DNA of 64,000 bases from Octopus vulgaris (taxonomy: Eukaryota), in assembly GCA_951406725.2 (NCBI GenBank), contig OX597818.1:121892001-121956000 (forward strand). Direction: 5' to 3'. Of this stretch, positions 27,176 to 42,928 are shown one piece after another (the stretch's first letter is position 1; each line of letters begins with the position of its first letter). The notes beneath the pieces were generated by a model, which was not told the DNA's origin, searched no databases, and worked only from the letters and a program-made list of their open reading frames with translations. The translations under genes and the position numbers were made by a program.

Positions 27176-28917
27176 ATTCGCATGTGCATATACATACATA
27201 TATATGTATATACATATATACACTCATATATACAAATGCATACTATGTATTCTATAATGTTGCGAGTGAGGTGGTGACTTGACAACATACGACTGAGCGT
27301 AATTACATATCACACCACACAGCATAAAACAACACATTTCGTCAATACCGATGGTTTTTTTTATATTAGTATTTTTGAAATGAAGATATTAAACAGATAA
27401 CATTATATGAATGGTACTCATTTCATCGACTCCAGTGGGATATGAGTAAAGTTGAGCCCGGTAAGATTTGACCTAAGACATAAGACAGTAGGAACCAGTG
27501 CATTTTGTCCGGTATCTACGGTTTTTGCCACTCCACTGCATCCTATCTACTATTTGCTTGAGGAATATATAGAAAGTTGAAAGTGTTGCTATATCGATTT
27601 TGTTCAAATTCCTGGGTGACATATGGCATATATTATTCAGTATTGGTGTATTATCTTGTCATATCAGTTTTATCATTCCATGCACGAAAATTACCATTAG
27701 TTGATTTAGTGAAAAGAAACTCAAAAGAAACAGAGAAAACAACTACAACATCAACGACAAAAAAAAAGAAACAAAAGCAAAAACAAACAAAACAACACAC
27801 AATAAAAACGAAAAATATATAAAGACTCAAATTTTGGTTTTCGATAAGTTGGTTAAAGATGGGAGAAATCAATAACAAAACGTTGAGAGCACTTATGTAG
27901 AATCTCACAAGTATTGGAATTACACTGTTCAGTATTTTCTCTCGATCTGTAACTTGTCATATAATGATTTCTTATATTCGTACAAAAGCTCAGATTTATT
28001 GGAAATGTAAATTAAATGAATGCGCTGCGACGATTGTACCTCGTTTCTTAACAAAACATTAGAGCACTATGTGAAGTGAAATTGCTACGCTTAGGAAACG
28101 AAACCGGTTTATTCACAATTATATTCTTTTATTCTTTTTCATTCCTTTCTTTTGCTTTACCGGTTTCAGTCGATGGAGTGCAGCCATGTTTGAGCACCGT
28201 CTTCAGGATTTTACATTTTTTTTAGTCGTTCATAACAACTTCGTTACTTATTTTTGTCTGGTATATTATTTTATCGATCTGTAATTTATCGATTGGAAAA
28301 GTTTCCACTTCGACACAACTCTGTTTCTTTGTGTTAAACCATAAATAATCACGCATGCACACACACACGCGTGTATATGCACACATACGCACACACGAGT
28401 ATATGCACACACACACGCGCGCGCCCGCGCGGCATTTGCACACACATATCTTTGTTTTGGATCTCCATCGGTCAAGGATGACCATGCACATATATGTGCT
28501 GTCTTGGTAAGAATTTGTGAAGGAAACTGTTGTTCATATCTCCAAGTCTTCTCTCTCTATGCCAGCGACGTTTATTTAAGGCAAAGGCCACCACGACTTG
28601 GGCAGATAAGGCTTGACTCCAATCTTGTCGCAGGCGTTAGTATCAAATTGCTAAGAATAGGAAATATACCATTCATCTTGTCTAACCTTCTAAAAGGTCC
28701 ACCAACCCATAGCCCTCATAGCCCTCGTTTGCTCCTTTTTTATAGATACTGAAAGGATGGCAAGTAAATAAGTAAAATTGATTTCGGCGGTATTTGAACC
28801 CAAAATGCAGAGACGGAACTAATACTGCAACATATTGTATCCAACGATTTAAGGTTGCATTACATGCATATCATGCATACATACATACATACATACATAC
28901 ATACATACATACATACA

Positions 28918-28949
<32 letters not shown>

Positions 28950-29344
28950 CATACAATGCATATATACACACACATACATGCTTACATATATACATACATA
29001 CGTACATAAAGACTATGAGGGGTTTTGTTCATTGATGATCTAAACCAGTAGGTTCGCTGCATAAGTACTATAACTGGTCATTCTTTTAGGTTCCAAGCTC
29101 ACAGCTGAGACTGGAGCTAGGGATCCGTAGTAGACTTCCGTGTCAGCAGTATATATTAGAGGAAAAAGGAAAACAAAACCACGGAAGGACGAGCAGCTCA
29201 GGTTATTTAGAATATTTAATTAGAGTAAGGTGAATTACTTGTACTTCTTCTTTGATTCACCTTGCTCCAATTAAATATTCTTAATGACCTGAGAGGCTCG
29301 TCCTGCCTTGGTTTTGTTTTCTTTCTCCTTTAATATATACATAC

Positions 29345-29425
<81 letters not shown>

Positions 29426-29804
29426 ATATGATGCGTGGCCCAGTGGTTAAGGTATTGCATTCAGTAGCGCGAGATCGTGTTCTCGATTCCCGGACAGAGC
29501 AGTGCGTTGTATTGTTGAACAAAGTATCCGTTCATCCGCGCAGGTTGTTCAGCAAGTAATTGCAGAACTCTCATCCGTCGTTTAAGACAGAAGAATCCAC
29601 CATATCTTATTTATGGTTTTGGTTTTGTGTTTCAGCTTCTATAACTTTTCACACGTCACATCAGATTGTCGTAATACATCTTGGGTATCTGCTATATTCC
29701 CACGATAGATATATGTCCAAGTATACTTTAAAAAACTGCTTCCTGTATGGGAGTAGTTTAGTACAACACAGTTCAGCTCCTTTTGTGCGCCATAAGTTTA
29801 GTTA

Positions 29805-30130
29805 TGAGTTTGAGAGTGACTTCAAGACAGTTAACTGAGTGGTCTTTATATCAGAGCATTCTGTGGTGTGTGAGTATGTAACAGGAGCACCGTCTCCAGA
29901 TGTAGGTGAAATAGTCCATTGTGGGCCATATCTGAGCTTTGAGAGGGTTAGTTATTTAGCTTCGAAGGATTGATTTTATTGTGTTGAGTATCTATGCTTA
30001 CCAGAAGAGATCCTTGGTGTTGATGAGTATTTAAAAACGTTGGTGAGAGTTCTATTTACATACTTTCTATGTTTAAAGGTGGGGATGTAATGTTGTATTG
30101 ATAAATATAATGATTGTATTATCTAACAAG
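29805..30130 (-). mobile_element. Heavily degraded CR1/Jockey-group LINE fragment
   Basis: The minus strand near 29890-29950 reads LTLSKAQIWPTMDYFTYIW, matching the LTLYKAQ.RPTMEYCSHIW motif also seen at 55325. Boundaries approximate. Confidence 0.55.
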
Positions 30131-30496
30131 AAGTCACCAACTCAAAACATAAGCAAGAAACTGAGACCATAGATAGGCGTTCTAGACACGGTCAAACGCT
30201 TTGTTCATGATTAGGCCAACGATATGACTTACACCGATTTTTTTTTGTGGTAAGCTCATGAGTGTTTAAGTGGTAGGATTTCAGTAGATATGGATTTATG
30301 ACTTAGCCATATGGATGGTAATTAAGGGGTTAGATAGATAGAGATAGAGAGAGAGGGGGGGAAGAAAGGGAGACACAGTGAGAGAGGAAGAGAATGAGAC
30401 ACAGAGAAACAGAGAGGGGAGACTTAAGATTCTGTAGAAGGTTGTTGTCAAAATCTGTCTTCATCAACCTTGATATTACTAGATGCGAGGGGAAAA

Positions 30497-30706
30497 CGGT
30501 GAGCTGGCAGAATTGTTAGCACGCTGGACAAGATATTTGGCAGCATTTTGTCCGTCATTACGGTCTGAGTTCAAATTCTGTCGAAGTCGACTTTGCTGTT
30601 AATTCTTTCAGGGTCGATAAAATAAGTACTAGTTGAGAACTAGGGTCGATGTAATCGACTAGCTACATCCTGCAAAATTTTAGGCCTTGTGCCTATATTA
30701 GAAAGG
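30497..30706 (+). mobile_element. SINE family B
   Basis: cggtgagctggcagaattgttagcacgctgg..ctgagttcaaattctg..ggccttgtgcctatattagaaa. Confidence 0.82.
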
Positions 30707-31192
30707 TTCATTTGAGTTGAGAACAACAGGATAATAAAAGGAAGAGTCAGTTTTCTTGAGAAGTGGTCACATTGTCACGTAGTTTCAAAGATAGGAATGT
30801 TTACATATAATGAAAGAAAGAGAAGAGACACAGAGATAAGGGATAGGAGAGTGAGAGACAGCTAGTGTAGGAAGGTTTAGCTTGAAGAGTTTAGTGAAGA
30901 TAATGGTTAGATTTCAGGCCCAACGTTTGAAAGTAACTGATGGGAAATTGTCAGTGTCATTGCTCTTTACTTGAAGTGACCGCTTGGTGTATATGCGTGC
31001 ATGGTGGTAGAAGTTGAGGAGAGGAAAGAGATAGCTGTGAAAAAGAAACTGTGTTTACTGTGCCATGTTGGATTCAAAGTGGGTAACGAATATGGACGCT
31101 TTCTGAAAAGAAAGTGTCCCTATTCCGCCTTTCCTCTACTTCAACTCTTCCCAAAAGAGTAGAAGTAGAGGAAAAGCGGATTCCGTGAAGTA

Positions 31193-31301
<109 letters not shown>

Positions 31302-31627
31302 ATGTGTGTGTGTGTGTACGTACAAAGATAATACCTAAATAACAACAGATATATATGTACTGATATAAGTATGTATACTGCAGCAGTATATTTCTAGATA
31401 TATGAGTCCTACCCTATTATATATAAACACAGATACATATCATACTGTCAACTCTCGATGATCACAATACATACACACACATACACCCACGGTCCCACAT
31501 ACACACGCCATCATTTACCATACTAATGTTTATTGGGAAAATATTCGCTAAATCAGATTGTATATAAAAAATATCCTACGTATATATATATGTATATGTT
31601 TATGAGTATATAGCATATTTATATTTT

Positions 31628-31664
<37 letters not shown>

Positions 31665-32680
31665 AACATACACAAATATATATATATATGTTTATATATA
31701 TATATGCGTATTTATGTGTATGCGCATACATATATACATGCATACATACATATATACATGCATAGCTACAAACAAACATACATGCATACAAATATGCAAA
31801 CATCCAAACACACATTAGTGTATATAACCAACCAACAAAACATCATATAAAAGTGGGTATAGATAAGAATAAATCGATAAAAATCGACTTTTTCTCACGG
31901 GTGTTGAATATTTTCATGACACGTAACAGAGCACAAAATATACATGAAAGCATGAAATGGGGAGAGAGAGATGAAGAGAGAGAAAGAGAGAGAGAGAGAG
32001 GGGAGAGGAGGAGGGGAGAAACCAAAAGAGAGAAAGGGGGAGGTGAAGATACTAGAAGGAACAAAAAAAAAAACCAGAGGGTACGAACGAGAGCAAGGAA
32101 AATAGAGAATTCTAGATCGGGTGGTTTGAGCTTTTCCTATGTATTTCAAGAGAAAGAGGTAAAAATTGGATAAACAAGGAAAAGAAAGAATTCAGGAAGA
32201 AAATTCACTGATTTAATAGATGTAAATCAATCTTATTCTAGTTTTATCGAATGTCTAAGGATTCGAGTATTTGCATAAGATGTCGGCCATTGTTCTGCTT
32301 AAGAGAGGTTTCTCTGTTGACTTACGTATTTTTACATATTGTATATATTTTTTACTCAGTCTTTTTTTTCTATTTTTTATTCATCGACGTTAGTTTCAAA
32401 TTTTTGTTTAGTTGTAATTCTATTTGCTTCTCTGTGTGTGTGTGAGTGTGAGAGAGAGAGAGAAAGCTTGTATATATTCATATATGTATGAATGCACACA
32501 CACTTCCACACACACGCACAGGCACACATAGCCATAGACAGTATATATGAGCCTATATGTGCATATATATATGAACATATCAATACGTCCATATATGAAT
32601 ACATATCATTATTATATATACATACATTTATATCTGTATATATATATATGTGTGTGTATATATATATATGTGTATATATC

Positions 32681-32720
<40 letters not shown>

Positions 32721-32851
32721 CACACACACACGCATATATATATATACATATATATATACATGCAGACATGCATCAATGAAGAAATATACATATACATGGA
32801 CGTGTACGTGAGTATACACAGACACGTACACGTAAGTATATGCATATACAT

Positions 32852-32938
<87 letters not shown>

Positions 32939-33655
32939 CATGCATACATACATACAAATATGTATTGATATATTTATGATTTATGCTTATATATATATAT
33001 ACACATACACACTCGCATATATAAACGTACGAACATGATATATATATACATGCATACACACACACCCACACACACACACATATATATGTATATACATATA
33101 TATAAAGACATACTTACATAGACATATACTCATTGGTTTATTAAATTTGATTTCCTTTAATCTTGTTTTTACTTTGACACAGGGAAATGAAAAGCTAACT
33201 TTATGGCCGGAGAATATGTATACACTAATGATTATTCAGTTTATTCATGAATAACTTTACATAATATCCTCATACATACATATATACATACATATACATA
33301 CATACATACGTACGTACGTACATATGTATGTATATATACATATGTATGTATGTGTATGTATATACATATACCGTACATATATATTTGCATATATATATTT
33401 ATATGTAGATATATATGTATGGTATATGTATACACACACACTCACACATATATGTGAATACATGTGCATACACATATTTGTAATAAATATAAATAGACAC
33501 AAGCGCATATATAGACGTACATACATACACGCACACATACACACGCACACAAGCACACAAATATATATGTATATATGCATACAAACATACATAAACGCAT
33601 ACAATACATACATTAACACACAAGCACGCATACTCATATACATACATACATACAC

Positions 33656-33714
<59 letters not shown>

Positions 33715-34194
33715 CATACATTTATGTATTTATATACATATATGAGTTCATAATTGCACGCCTATAACATATGTATAGACGCAAATACACACATACACGC
33801 ACATAACATATACACTCGCTACACACACACACACACACAAATTTACATTGTATGTTTATAATGGTGTGAGACATAACACTGAATCTGTTGATTATTAATA
33901 TTTTTTATTAAAAAATATTAAAATTTATCATATTTCTCCAGATCTTTAATACATAAAGTAATATTCTTGACTAAAGTACACAGATGACTGTTGAGTAATT
34001 GAATTATTGATGTCACAGTCATTGATATAACAGATAATCTTGTGATCACTGCGCACAATTCTATTGGAGCTTCAAAGTCGCATAACCCCCAGACGATAAT
34101 TACTGTGTTGAATTCTTCTCCCAAAAATTCGTGTCTCCTATTTTCGCTGTCAAATTTCACTTGACTGTTTATATTGAGGTATGTTATCTAGCAC

Positions 34195-34470
34195 TCTCTT
34201 GGTTACGATGGCAAGCGTTCCAGGTGATCCGATTAACCGAACAACTAACTCTTGAAATTAACGTGCAAGTGGTTGAGCACTCCACAGATACATGTACTCT
34301 TTATGTAGCTCTTAGAGATATTCAGCGTGATACGGAAAGTGACAAGGCTGGCCATTTCAAATACAGGCACTGCTCATTTTTGCCAGCTGAATGGATTGGT
34401 GCAACGTGAAATAAAGTGTCTTGCTCGAGAACACAGTTTCCGCCGGGAATCGAACTCACGACCTTACGAT
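34195..34470 (-). mobile_element. Older SINE related to 26790-27175
   Basis: aaattaacgtgcaagtggttgagcactccacagatacatgtac is the reverse complement of the 27060-27105 core. Confidence 0.75.
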
Positions 34471-35431
34471 CTCTATGAAGCTAAATTAACTATATTACTT
34501 CATACAAAGGCGTCTCTGAGTAATTAACTACATTTTTTTTCGAAGAATAATTAAACATCGAAAATGCATAATCACAGAAGACCCTAGCCATTAAGTCATG
34601 CGCCTTATGGAGAAGAGGTAAGGCAATGCTGATAACGCATTAAACAAGACCTCCGATATAATTAGGAAGGAGGAAGAGGGAAGGTACCCTCAAACCTGAT
34701 AACTTGACCGAATTCTTGTAATAGAGTAGGCTTCACAAAAGGCACCTAAGTTCTCAGATGGTGGTGCTCAACCGATCAACAGATTAACTCTACTGTCAAA
34801 ACATGCCATAATAGGGTTTAAAATGAAAACTCAAAGAGCAGAACTAAATACAGTAAAGCATCCAGTTCGATGTTCTCATAGTTCAATCAAATTATGATGC
34901 TGGTTTGGTACATAGTCATCGATTCCATTGAGAAGAAAGGCAAAACTGACGACAGTGTCTTTCGCCTGTAGTGTTAAGTTTTCTCATGTTTTTTTCCTGA
35001 GTTTGTCAGGAAACACGAAGCGTATCCAATATCTAAATCCTATCGTTTCGGCTATTCATGTCATTGGTTTGAAGTCTTGGTTATTGTGCAGGCCCTAGGC
35101 AAGATCTGATCAAATTAGACCAGTGTTTCTAGTTGTGTAAGGAGCCTTGTAAGAATTGAAAAGGAGATGGCGGAGAGATTTCACTGCTTACTATAATTAA
35201 GATGATTTAAAATAGTTTAAAACTTGCCTAACACCATAGTAAAGAAAGAAGAACTATATAGATGGAAACTGTATTTTCTCTTCTTATAAATAAAAAAAAG
35301 TTGGGTGCAAAAAGTTGGGTATAAGTTCTGGTATATGTCGTACTGAAGAAAGGACTCAATACTTTTTAGGCGAGACAAATTTAGTATACGTTGGGTCGCT
35401 TCAGACAAAACAACTCAAAAAGTCTCAGTCA

Positions 35432-35486
<55 letters not shown>

Positions 35487-35650
35487 TGTATGTAAGCACA
35501 AATGCGTGAATAGTCACAAGGCTACAGACTTAAACTGGATGGTTGCTGTGGTGTTCATTTCATGGCCTTTCTGAAAGAACATTTTGTATACATACATGTA
35601 TATACAAATACACATACATACATACATACATACATACATACATACATACA

Positions 35651-35708
<58 letters not shown>

Positions 35709-35837
35709 TATACATACATACACACATATATATATAATATATATGTATATGTACACACACACGCGCACACATATATAGACATATACATATATACATATGT
35801 TTATATGTATATATGTATGTACATATGTAAATATATC

Positions 35838-35876
<39 letters not shown>

Positions 35877-37274
35877 TGTTATGCACACTCATACATAGTG
35901 CATAATTCCTACATACACACACACATACACACACAAACACACAAACACACACGCACACACACACATATATATACACACACATATATATATATACACATAC
36001 ATATATATATAGATGCAGGCACGTTGATTGATACGAAGACAAATAACGTTTACTGATAGATCTCTTTCCACATGTATGTAGAGAAAATAATGAAATAGTT
36101 ACCCCCCCAAAAAAAAGTGAAATTTTATTTTTATATTGTTTTCATTTTATTACTGCGAAAATATTTATATTGTTTTGGTATTTATTTCGATTAAACTGAT
36201 AGTATTGATTGTAATTTTACTGAATTCTTAATAAAACCACGATGTGCAAAAAATAAATAAATGAATAAATAAAAATAAAAAAAGAGAAGAAAAGAAAAAA
36301 AATGAACGAGCGTATATGTAATTCGAAATTAGTTTTATGAAAAGCTAACATGGAATCTTTTCCTGTGTGTGCTTGGGTAACTTGTGAAAATACAAAATAT
36401 TAAATAAATAAAGTGAAAAAACGAAAGAAATTAGGTAAAAAAAACCCACCCTAGAAATAAGATAAATACCAAAACGTGAAATGATATTTGCATGAATCAA
36501 GAGGTTAGTGAATTGAACACTAAAACTTAATATTTGCTTGTCTGCCTCATATATGTTAGGAATTATTGGTTTCTTTTCACTGAGCACACAAAACTGATAT
36601 TTTTGAGGTGCTAGAAATCAAAGCTGTGATGAAGTTGTGTCCAGAACAAGCGTAACAGTGGTGAAAGTGAAATGTTCTTTTTAGGTTGTCTTAGTCACGT
36701 CATGCATGATCAAAACAAATCTCCCCCAGTGGTCAGCGGGTGTTCGGATCACGACTGTAATGTCGTTGGCTCTATACCCGGAAAGAGCAGCACGTTCGAA
36801 AGGGATCGATGGGCCATGCTATCACGGTCCATATTCTTATTGAAAATCGAAATCGAGCGAGCTTTTGCTCTTTTGCTCGACGTGTAGTTTCCTTCCACAT
36901 CCAGCTCGTTCTTCCAGTCCACTCAGCTGTAATGAGAACCAGATAGTGCTGGGGCTATCATCCCCCTCTCCAGCTATCATTTCCCGGATGATCCTCTGGT
37001 TAAAGAGTCGGAGGATCAAGTAGTAAAAACCAGCGAATGTATGGAGGGTAATATCAAGCCATGCTCGCTCTCGAGCGACCATTGGTTCTGCTCGCAAATC
37101 TGTACTTTAGTTAAGGACATGTTGAAGCAGTGCCTTCATGAACTGGCTTCCTACAGGAGCTGAGAGAACCACTGGTGACTTGGATCACTTGCTCTATGGT
37201 TTTTCTGTATACAAATATAATAATTTAGAAATTACTGTTTTCGGAAAACCACAACGACTTCATAATAATGCTTT

Positions 37275-37450
37275 CAAATTTTGGCACAATAAATTTTGGG
37301 GAAAGACGATTGCATCAATCCCAGTACTCAATTGGTACATTGATTCCGAAGGTATGAACGGCAAAGTGGAATTTGAACTCTGAACGTAAAGACAGACGAA
37401 ATGCCGCCAAGCATTTTGCCCAGCGTGCTAACGACTCTGCCAACGCTCTC
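37275..37450 (-). mobile_element. SINE family B
   Basis: ggaatttgaactctgaacgtaaagacagacgaaatgcc..gcgtgctaacgactctgccaacgct. Confidence 0.78.
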
Positions 37451-37633
37451 CGCCTTACAACGACTTCGTAATAATACAAAACTAACAAATCATCAAACAC
37501 GTGTTGCCATCGTTTTCCTAGTCCTTTCTCCGACTATACATCTTTTTTTAAGCAGATATTATTTTGTATATATTTAGAGTGGATATCAGCTGTATAAATA
37601 AGATTGAAGAGAGAGAGAGAGAGAGAGAGAGGA

Positions 37634-37665
<32 letters not shown>

Positions 37666-38745
37666 AGAGAGAGAGGGAGGGAGATAGATAGAAGAATAGC
37701 ACTCTTGACAATGTTTTTTTCAGGAACTCTGCGACCAGTGGGAGAAAGTTACCTTAAACCTGAAATGTAGCTGGAATATTTGCAAGAGAGTGAATTTCAC
37801 TAAATACGCACAAAGATCAGCTGGTGGTGTTAAGATGGATGGATTAAGTGTACAATTCAAGAACTTTGAACATAAAGAGCTGAAACCAATACCACACGGT
37901 ATTTCGTCCTAAGCTCTTCTAATTTCGTCATTTTATCTTTCCGGACTGGTACTGCGGCAATTAAATTTAGACTGAGGAGAGCTGGAAGGAAAACTGTAAA
38001 GCGAGCACTTTATCTCAATCTCTAACTAACCAGGCAGATGCAGTATAATGTATGTATATGAAAAAAGGCGTGTTTGTCACGGCTGGAATGGCCTTAGGGG
38101 TCAATTTAATCGGAGCTAACCAGGGGTGAAACAGCAATGCTAATTTAGATTTCATTCATCTTCGACTATTCTAGTTATTGACAACAAGTAGATCATGTTA
38201 GAAATTTTAGATGCAATGTGGTGTATCTTTGTCGTTTGTTGTGGAGGATTCAATTGTTTGGTCAGCTGAATAACCTATTCCTGAATTGGTCTGTAAGTGG
38301 CTGGACTTTCCATGCAACGTAATTTTCAAGCAGAATCAGCGTGGCAAGGCTATAGAAAATGATATTTCCCCAAGATAGCATGCAAAGAGATCGAACTTGT
38401 GATCTCTTGGTTGTGTGGCAAGCTTCTTAATTGTTCGGCCAAAGTGTGACTATAACAGAATAGTGTTTTAGACCATTAACAAATCGGTTGTTATTCAAAT
38501 AAATAACATACACGCTCATGCACACATACGCACCACTATAAATTCTATGTAGAGGCTAAGAATGGTAGAAACAGTAACCAAAATCAACCTCAAATCACAC
38601 ATAACAAGCATAAAACGGACGGGAAAATCATGGGTAGTGTGCCTAAAATCCTTGGTATGTTTCATCATAGCTTACCCTCCTCACACACAGGCGTGTATGC
38701 ATACATACATACATACATGCATACATACATACATACATACATACA

Positions 38746-38825
<80 letters not shown>

Positions 38826-39648
38826 TGAGTGTATTTTACCTTGTTAACAATTAACACGGATAAATGAATGAATAGTTACCAGGGCAGCAAAAATCTCACA
38901 AGTAAAGATGTTGTAACTCCTTGTTTATAAAGGTTGAAACTTCGTATTTACGTTGAATATTATTCAAATATTCAAGGTACATTTTTTACTCATATATATA
39001 TATATATATATACATACCTGCATGCATACATACGTACACACGCGCGCACAAACACACATATATAAATATATGTATATAAACATATATATATATTTATATA
39101 TATCTATATATATACAATTATACATATACATATATAAATATATGTATGTACTTATATCTATCTATCTATCTACGTCTATCGCCCTATGTATATATTTATA
39201 CATATATCGATGCATACATATTTAGATCTATCCATACATACACGCACAAGTATATCTACATAAATACACACATACACACACTCCTCTTCCCTTCACATAT
39301 ATACAAACATGCGTACGCACATACATACACAAATACATAAACATCTAATAAATCTAATTTACTTCAAGTTAAAAGTACAAACTACTTGGCCAAGCTACTT
39401 TTCCTAAAGGTTACCTCCACAAGTGCTTTCCATCAGACCGCAAAAGGCAGTACATGAATGATATAATTGTCGACGAAGAAATAGAAACGAGCTGCTGTTT
39501 TATTTCAATGATGATTGATCACAAGGTACATTTATCATTAGTTGATACTAACACACTATTTCTTTACACTATATTTCGCCGTTAATCAGTAGAATCGGGA
39601 ATAACAGTATGTCCAGCACAAATACAAATATAAGCAGATATGAAAGTC

Positions 39649-40050
39649 TTTTACTCATTTACTATTATACTTGTTTCAGTCATTTGACTGCGACCATTCT
39701 GGAGCACCGCCTTTAGTCGAGCAAATCGACCCCAAGACTTATTCGTTGTAGGCCTGGTACTTATTATATCGGTTTCTTTTGCCGAACCGCTAAGTTACGG
39801 GGACGTAAACACACCACCATCGGTTGTCAAGCGATGTTGGGGAGACAAATACAGACACAAACACACACATATATATAAATATACATATATACGACAGGCT
39901 TCTTTCAGTTTCCGTCTACCAAATCCACTCACAAGGCTTTGGTCGGCCCGAGGCTATAGTAGAAGACATTTGCCCAGTGTGCCACGCAGTGGGACTGAAC
40001 CCGGAAAACATGTAGTTGGTAAGCAAGCTACTTACCACACTGCCACTCCT
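39649..40050 (-). mobile_element. SINE family A
   Basis: Same body as 25863-26294. Confidence 0.92.
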
Positions 40051-40340
40051 GTTTGGAAGTTTTATCAATAAAAGAATGCATACAGACATATATAGAAATA
40101 TACATATATACATACATACATATATACATACATACATACATACATACACAGACACAGAGACGTACTTATAAACATACATGCAACCACACACATATAAATA
40201 CCTGCAAAGCAGAAACGTGTTCACAGCATTGTATAAACTAACCAAAGAGCTTCGTCACATTCTTAGTAACCAATACATACATCATACATACATACATACA
40301 TACATACATACATACATGCACACAAATATATATATATATA

Positions 40341-40617
40341 TTTAATTAAGAGTAGAAATTGATATTTATCAATTAAAACCAGTGGTCTGGCATATTAAAA
40401 AACAATCCGAAGATTAAAATATTTATATATACCAATTAAGGACTGAACACGAAAAGTGGACAGTCAACATGCTAGATATAGACGTCAAATCGCCATTCTC
40501 CACAAAAGATTATGTTCTCAAATCAAACTTTGAGAACATAATCTTTTGTGGAGAATGGCGATTTGACGTCTATATCTAGCATGTTGACTGTCCACCTTTC
40601 GTGTTCAGTCCTTAATT

Positions 40618-40627
<10 letters not shown>
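40341..40627 (-). mobile_element. Probable Penelope-like terminus with an inverted partial copy in (AT)n
   Basis: Same layout as 19147-19504 (unique ~80-bp extension, palindrome, (AT)n on both sides) but unrelated sequence. No hammerhead seen. Confidence 0.5.
40424..40627. repeat. Near-perfect inverted repeat, 99-bp arms (1 mismatch) with a 6-nt spacer
   Basis: 40424-40522 vs 40529-40627; spacer tcaaac. The one mismatch is gaaaagtgga vs tccacctttc. Confidence 0.96.
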
Positions 40628-40683
<56 letters not shown>

Positions 40684-40729
40684 CAAATGAATAAATTGAC
40701 AGACAGACGAAGAAATATACATACGTATA

Positions 40730-40888
40730 CGAGGGGTGTCGAAAAGTTCGATTTTTTGGTGAAAGAAAATACAGGAGGATCAGTTAATTATGATTCACAC
40801 ATTTATTGCAGCAATCCAGTTTTTCTATGCCCCGTAAAAGCACCTACCGCAGTGCCCTTAAAGCCAAGAACTTTTCAGTAACCCTTCG
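40730..40888. mobile_element. Tc1/mariner-type MITE
   Basis: TA|cgaggggtgtcgaaaagttc ... gaacttttcagtaacccttcg|TA: imperfect ~21-bp TIRs with TA flanks. Confidence 0.8.
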
Positions 40889-41207
40889 TATCTATATGCG
40901 AAGACATAGCTGTGTGGTAAAGAAACTCGCATTGCAGCGCGTCACCTTATGGAAGCGTCTACCGCTATAGCCCCCAACCGACTAACACCTTGTGATTATT
41001 TGTATATGAAACCCATGCAGTTTTATTGTTTATTTGCATCATTGTCTCCATATATGTTCACCTGGATTCCTCTCATAGCCACTCTTTCCTCTGCGCACTT
41101 GGTCCTCGGTAAAAGTTTCGGGGTGTAAATTCAAATCATTTGAGCGCTACTATTAAGTATCTCTGGATATCTCATCTATAGACTCTATCTGTTTGTGTGT
41201 GTGTATT

Positions 41208-41290
<83 letters not shown>

Positions 41291-41291
41291 G

Positions 41292-41354
<63 letters not shown>

Positions 41355-41602
41355 GTCTGTCTGTCTGTCTGTCTTTCTGTCTTTCTATCAACTTTAATTG
41401 TAGATTAACTGGGATACCAATGGTTTCATGTCAAGAGATCTTCACAATTGTTCAAGCATGACACACGGAAGTTTTGTTACTCGTCTCCATTTTGGAGAAG
41501 ATCTCTTCACATGAAAATATCGACATCCTTGCTAACCCAAAATAAAGAATATTTATCCTGCAATGCGGTGCTGAACACTCATTTTCGCTGCTAGATGTTA
41601 GT

Positions 41603-41662
<60 letters not shown>

Positions 41663-42356
41663 ATGTATGTGTGTATATGTGTGTGTGTAATTGTTTATAT
41701 AGTGATATGCACATACGCACACACCTGCACATAAACCAATACATATATACACGTCTACATATGTTCGCGCACACATGTATTTCGCTGCACTTGAGAAGCG
41801 TACAGAAATATACGTGCACATATGCTTATGCAGTTATGCACTACACATCTATATCCGTTTACATGCTTCCTAACAACATGGGCACTGGAAATTATAAATA
41901 TACCCATGTATATATATATATATATATATGCATATATTGACATGATTTTTTTTTCTGTTCGGGTGTACATATCCATATATCCTTTTGAAGTCATTCTTTT
42001 TTACAGTACACATTTCAAATGTAGGTGAGGGTTTAGAAATATACGCATGAATACATATCAAGTTAGCTGGGTCTTGTCCAAATGCTGGTTTGAATAATGA
42101 TGAATGAAAACTAATCGAGATGCAAAACGTATACACGTACACATGTCCAATCTCCCTATCACAATCGATATTCGCGAGATTTCAAACTTACATAGTGAAA
42201 TTACGTGACATTAACAATATTGTTTAGAATATTCTTTCGATTTTCCACGAGATACCCATAAGTAAATCACGTGAAATTTCTGTTTGAATCTTAGTTTTGT
42301 AAAGATATTTTTGTTTCAAACTTTAAATCCCTGGGTAACTAATGTTGTGTCTTAGT

Positions 42357-42426
<70 letters not shown>

Positions 42427-42439
42427 ACTACTACTACTG

Positions 42440-42473
<34 letters not shown>

Positions 42474-42596
42474 AGATAATATCACCACCACCACCAAGAC
42501 CAGGCTCCCATCATCATCATCATATCATCATCATGCTCATCGACTTCATCGTTGTCGTCGTTGTCGTCGTTGTCGTCGTCATCGTTGTCTGTAGGT

Positions 42597-42740
42597 ACTG
42601 AGTTCAAGTTCTGCTGTGGTCGACTTTGCATTTCATCATTTCATGGTCGATGAAATAAGTGCCATTTGGCACTGGGGTAGATGTATTCGATTTAATTCCT
42701 CACCGTAAAATTGTTGGCGTTGAGCCAAAATTTGAAATCA
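42597..42740 (+). mobile_element. SINE family B, 5'-truncated, with the tail expanded into a compound triplet repeat
   Basis: ctgagttcaagttctgctgtggtcgactttgc..tggcactggggtagatg..aaaatttgaaatc. Confidence 0.75.
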
Positions 42741-42829
42741 TTATTATTGTTATTATTGTTGTTGTTGTTGTTGTTGTTGTTCTTCTTCTTCTTCTTCTTC
42801 TTCTTCTTCTTCTTCATCATCATCATCTT

Positions 42830-42928
<99 letters not shown>

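Noticed and set aside
36837-37097. Non-repetitive 86-aa ORF with a faint mariner PPYSPDL-like trace
   Set aside because: Needs several frameshifts to see the motif; no recognisable domain or splice support.
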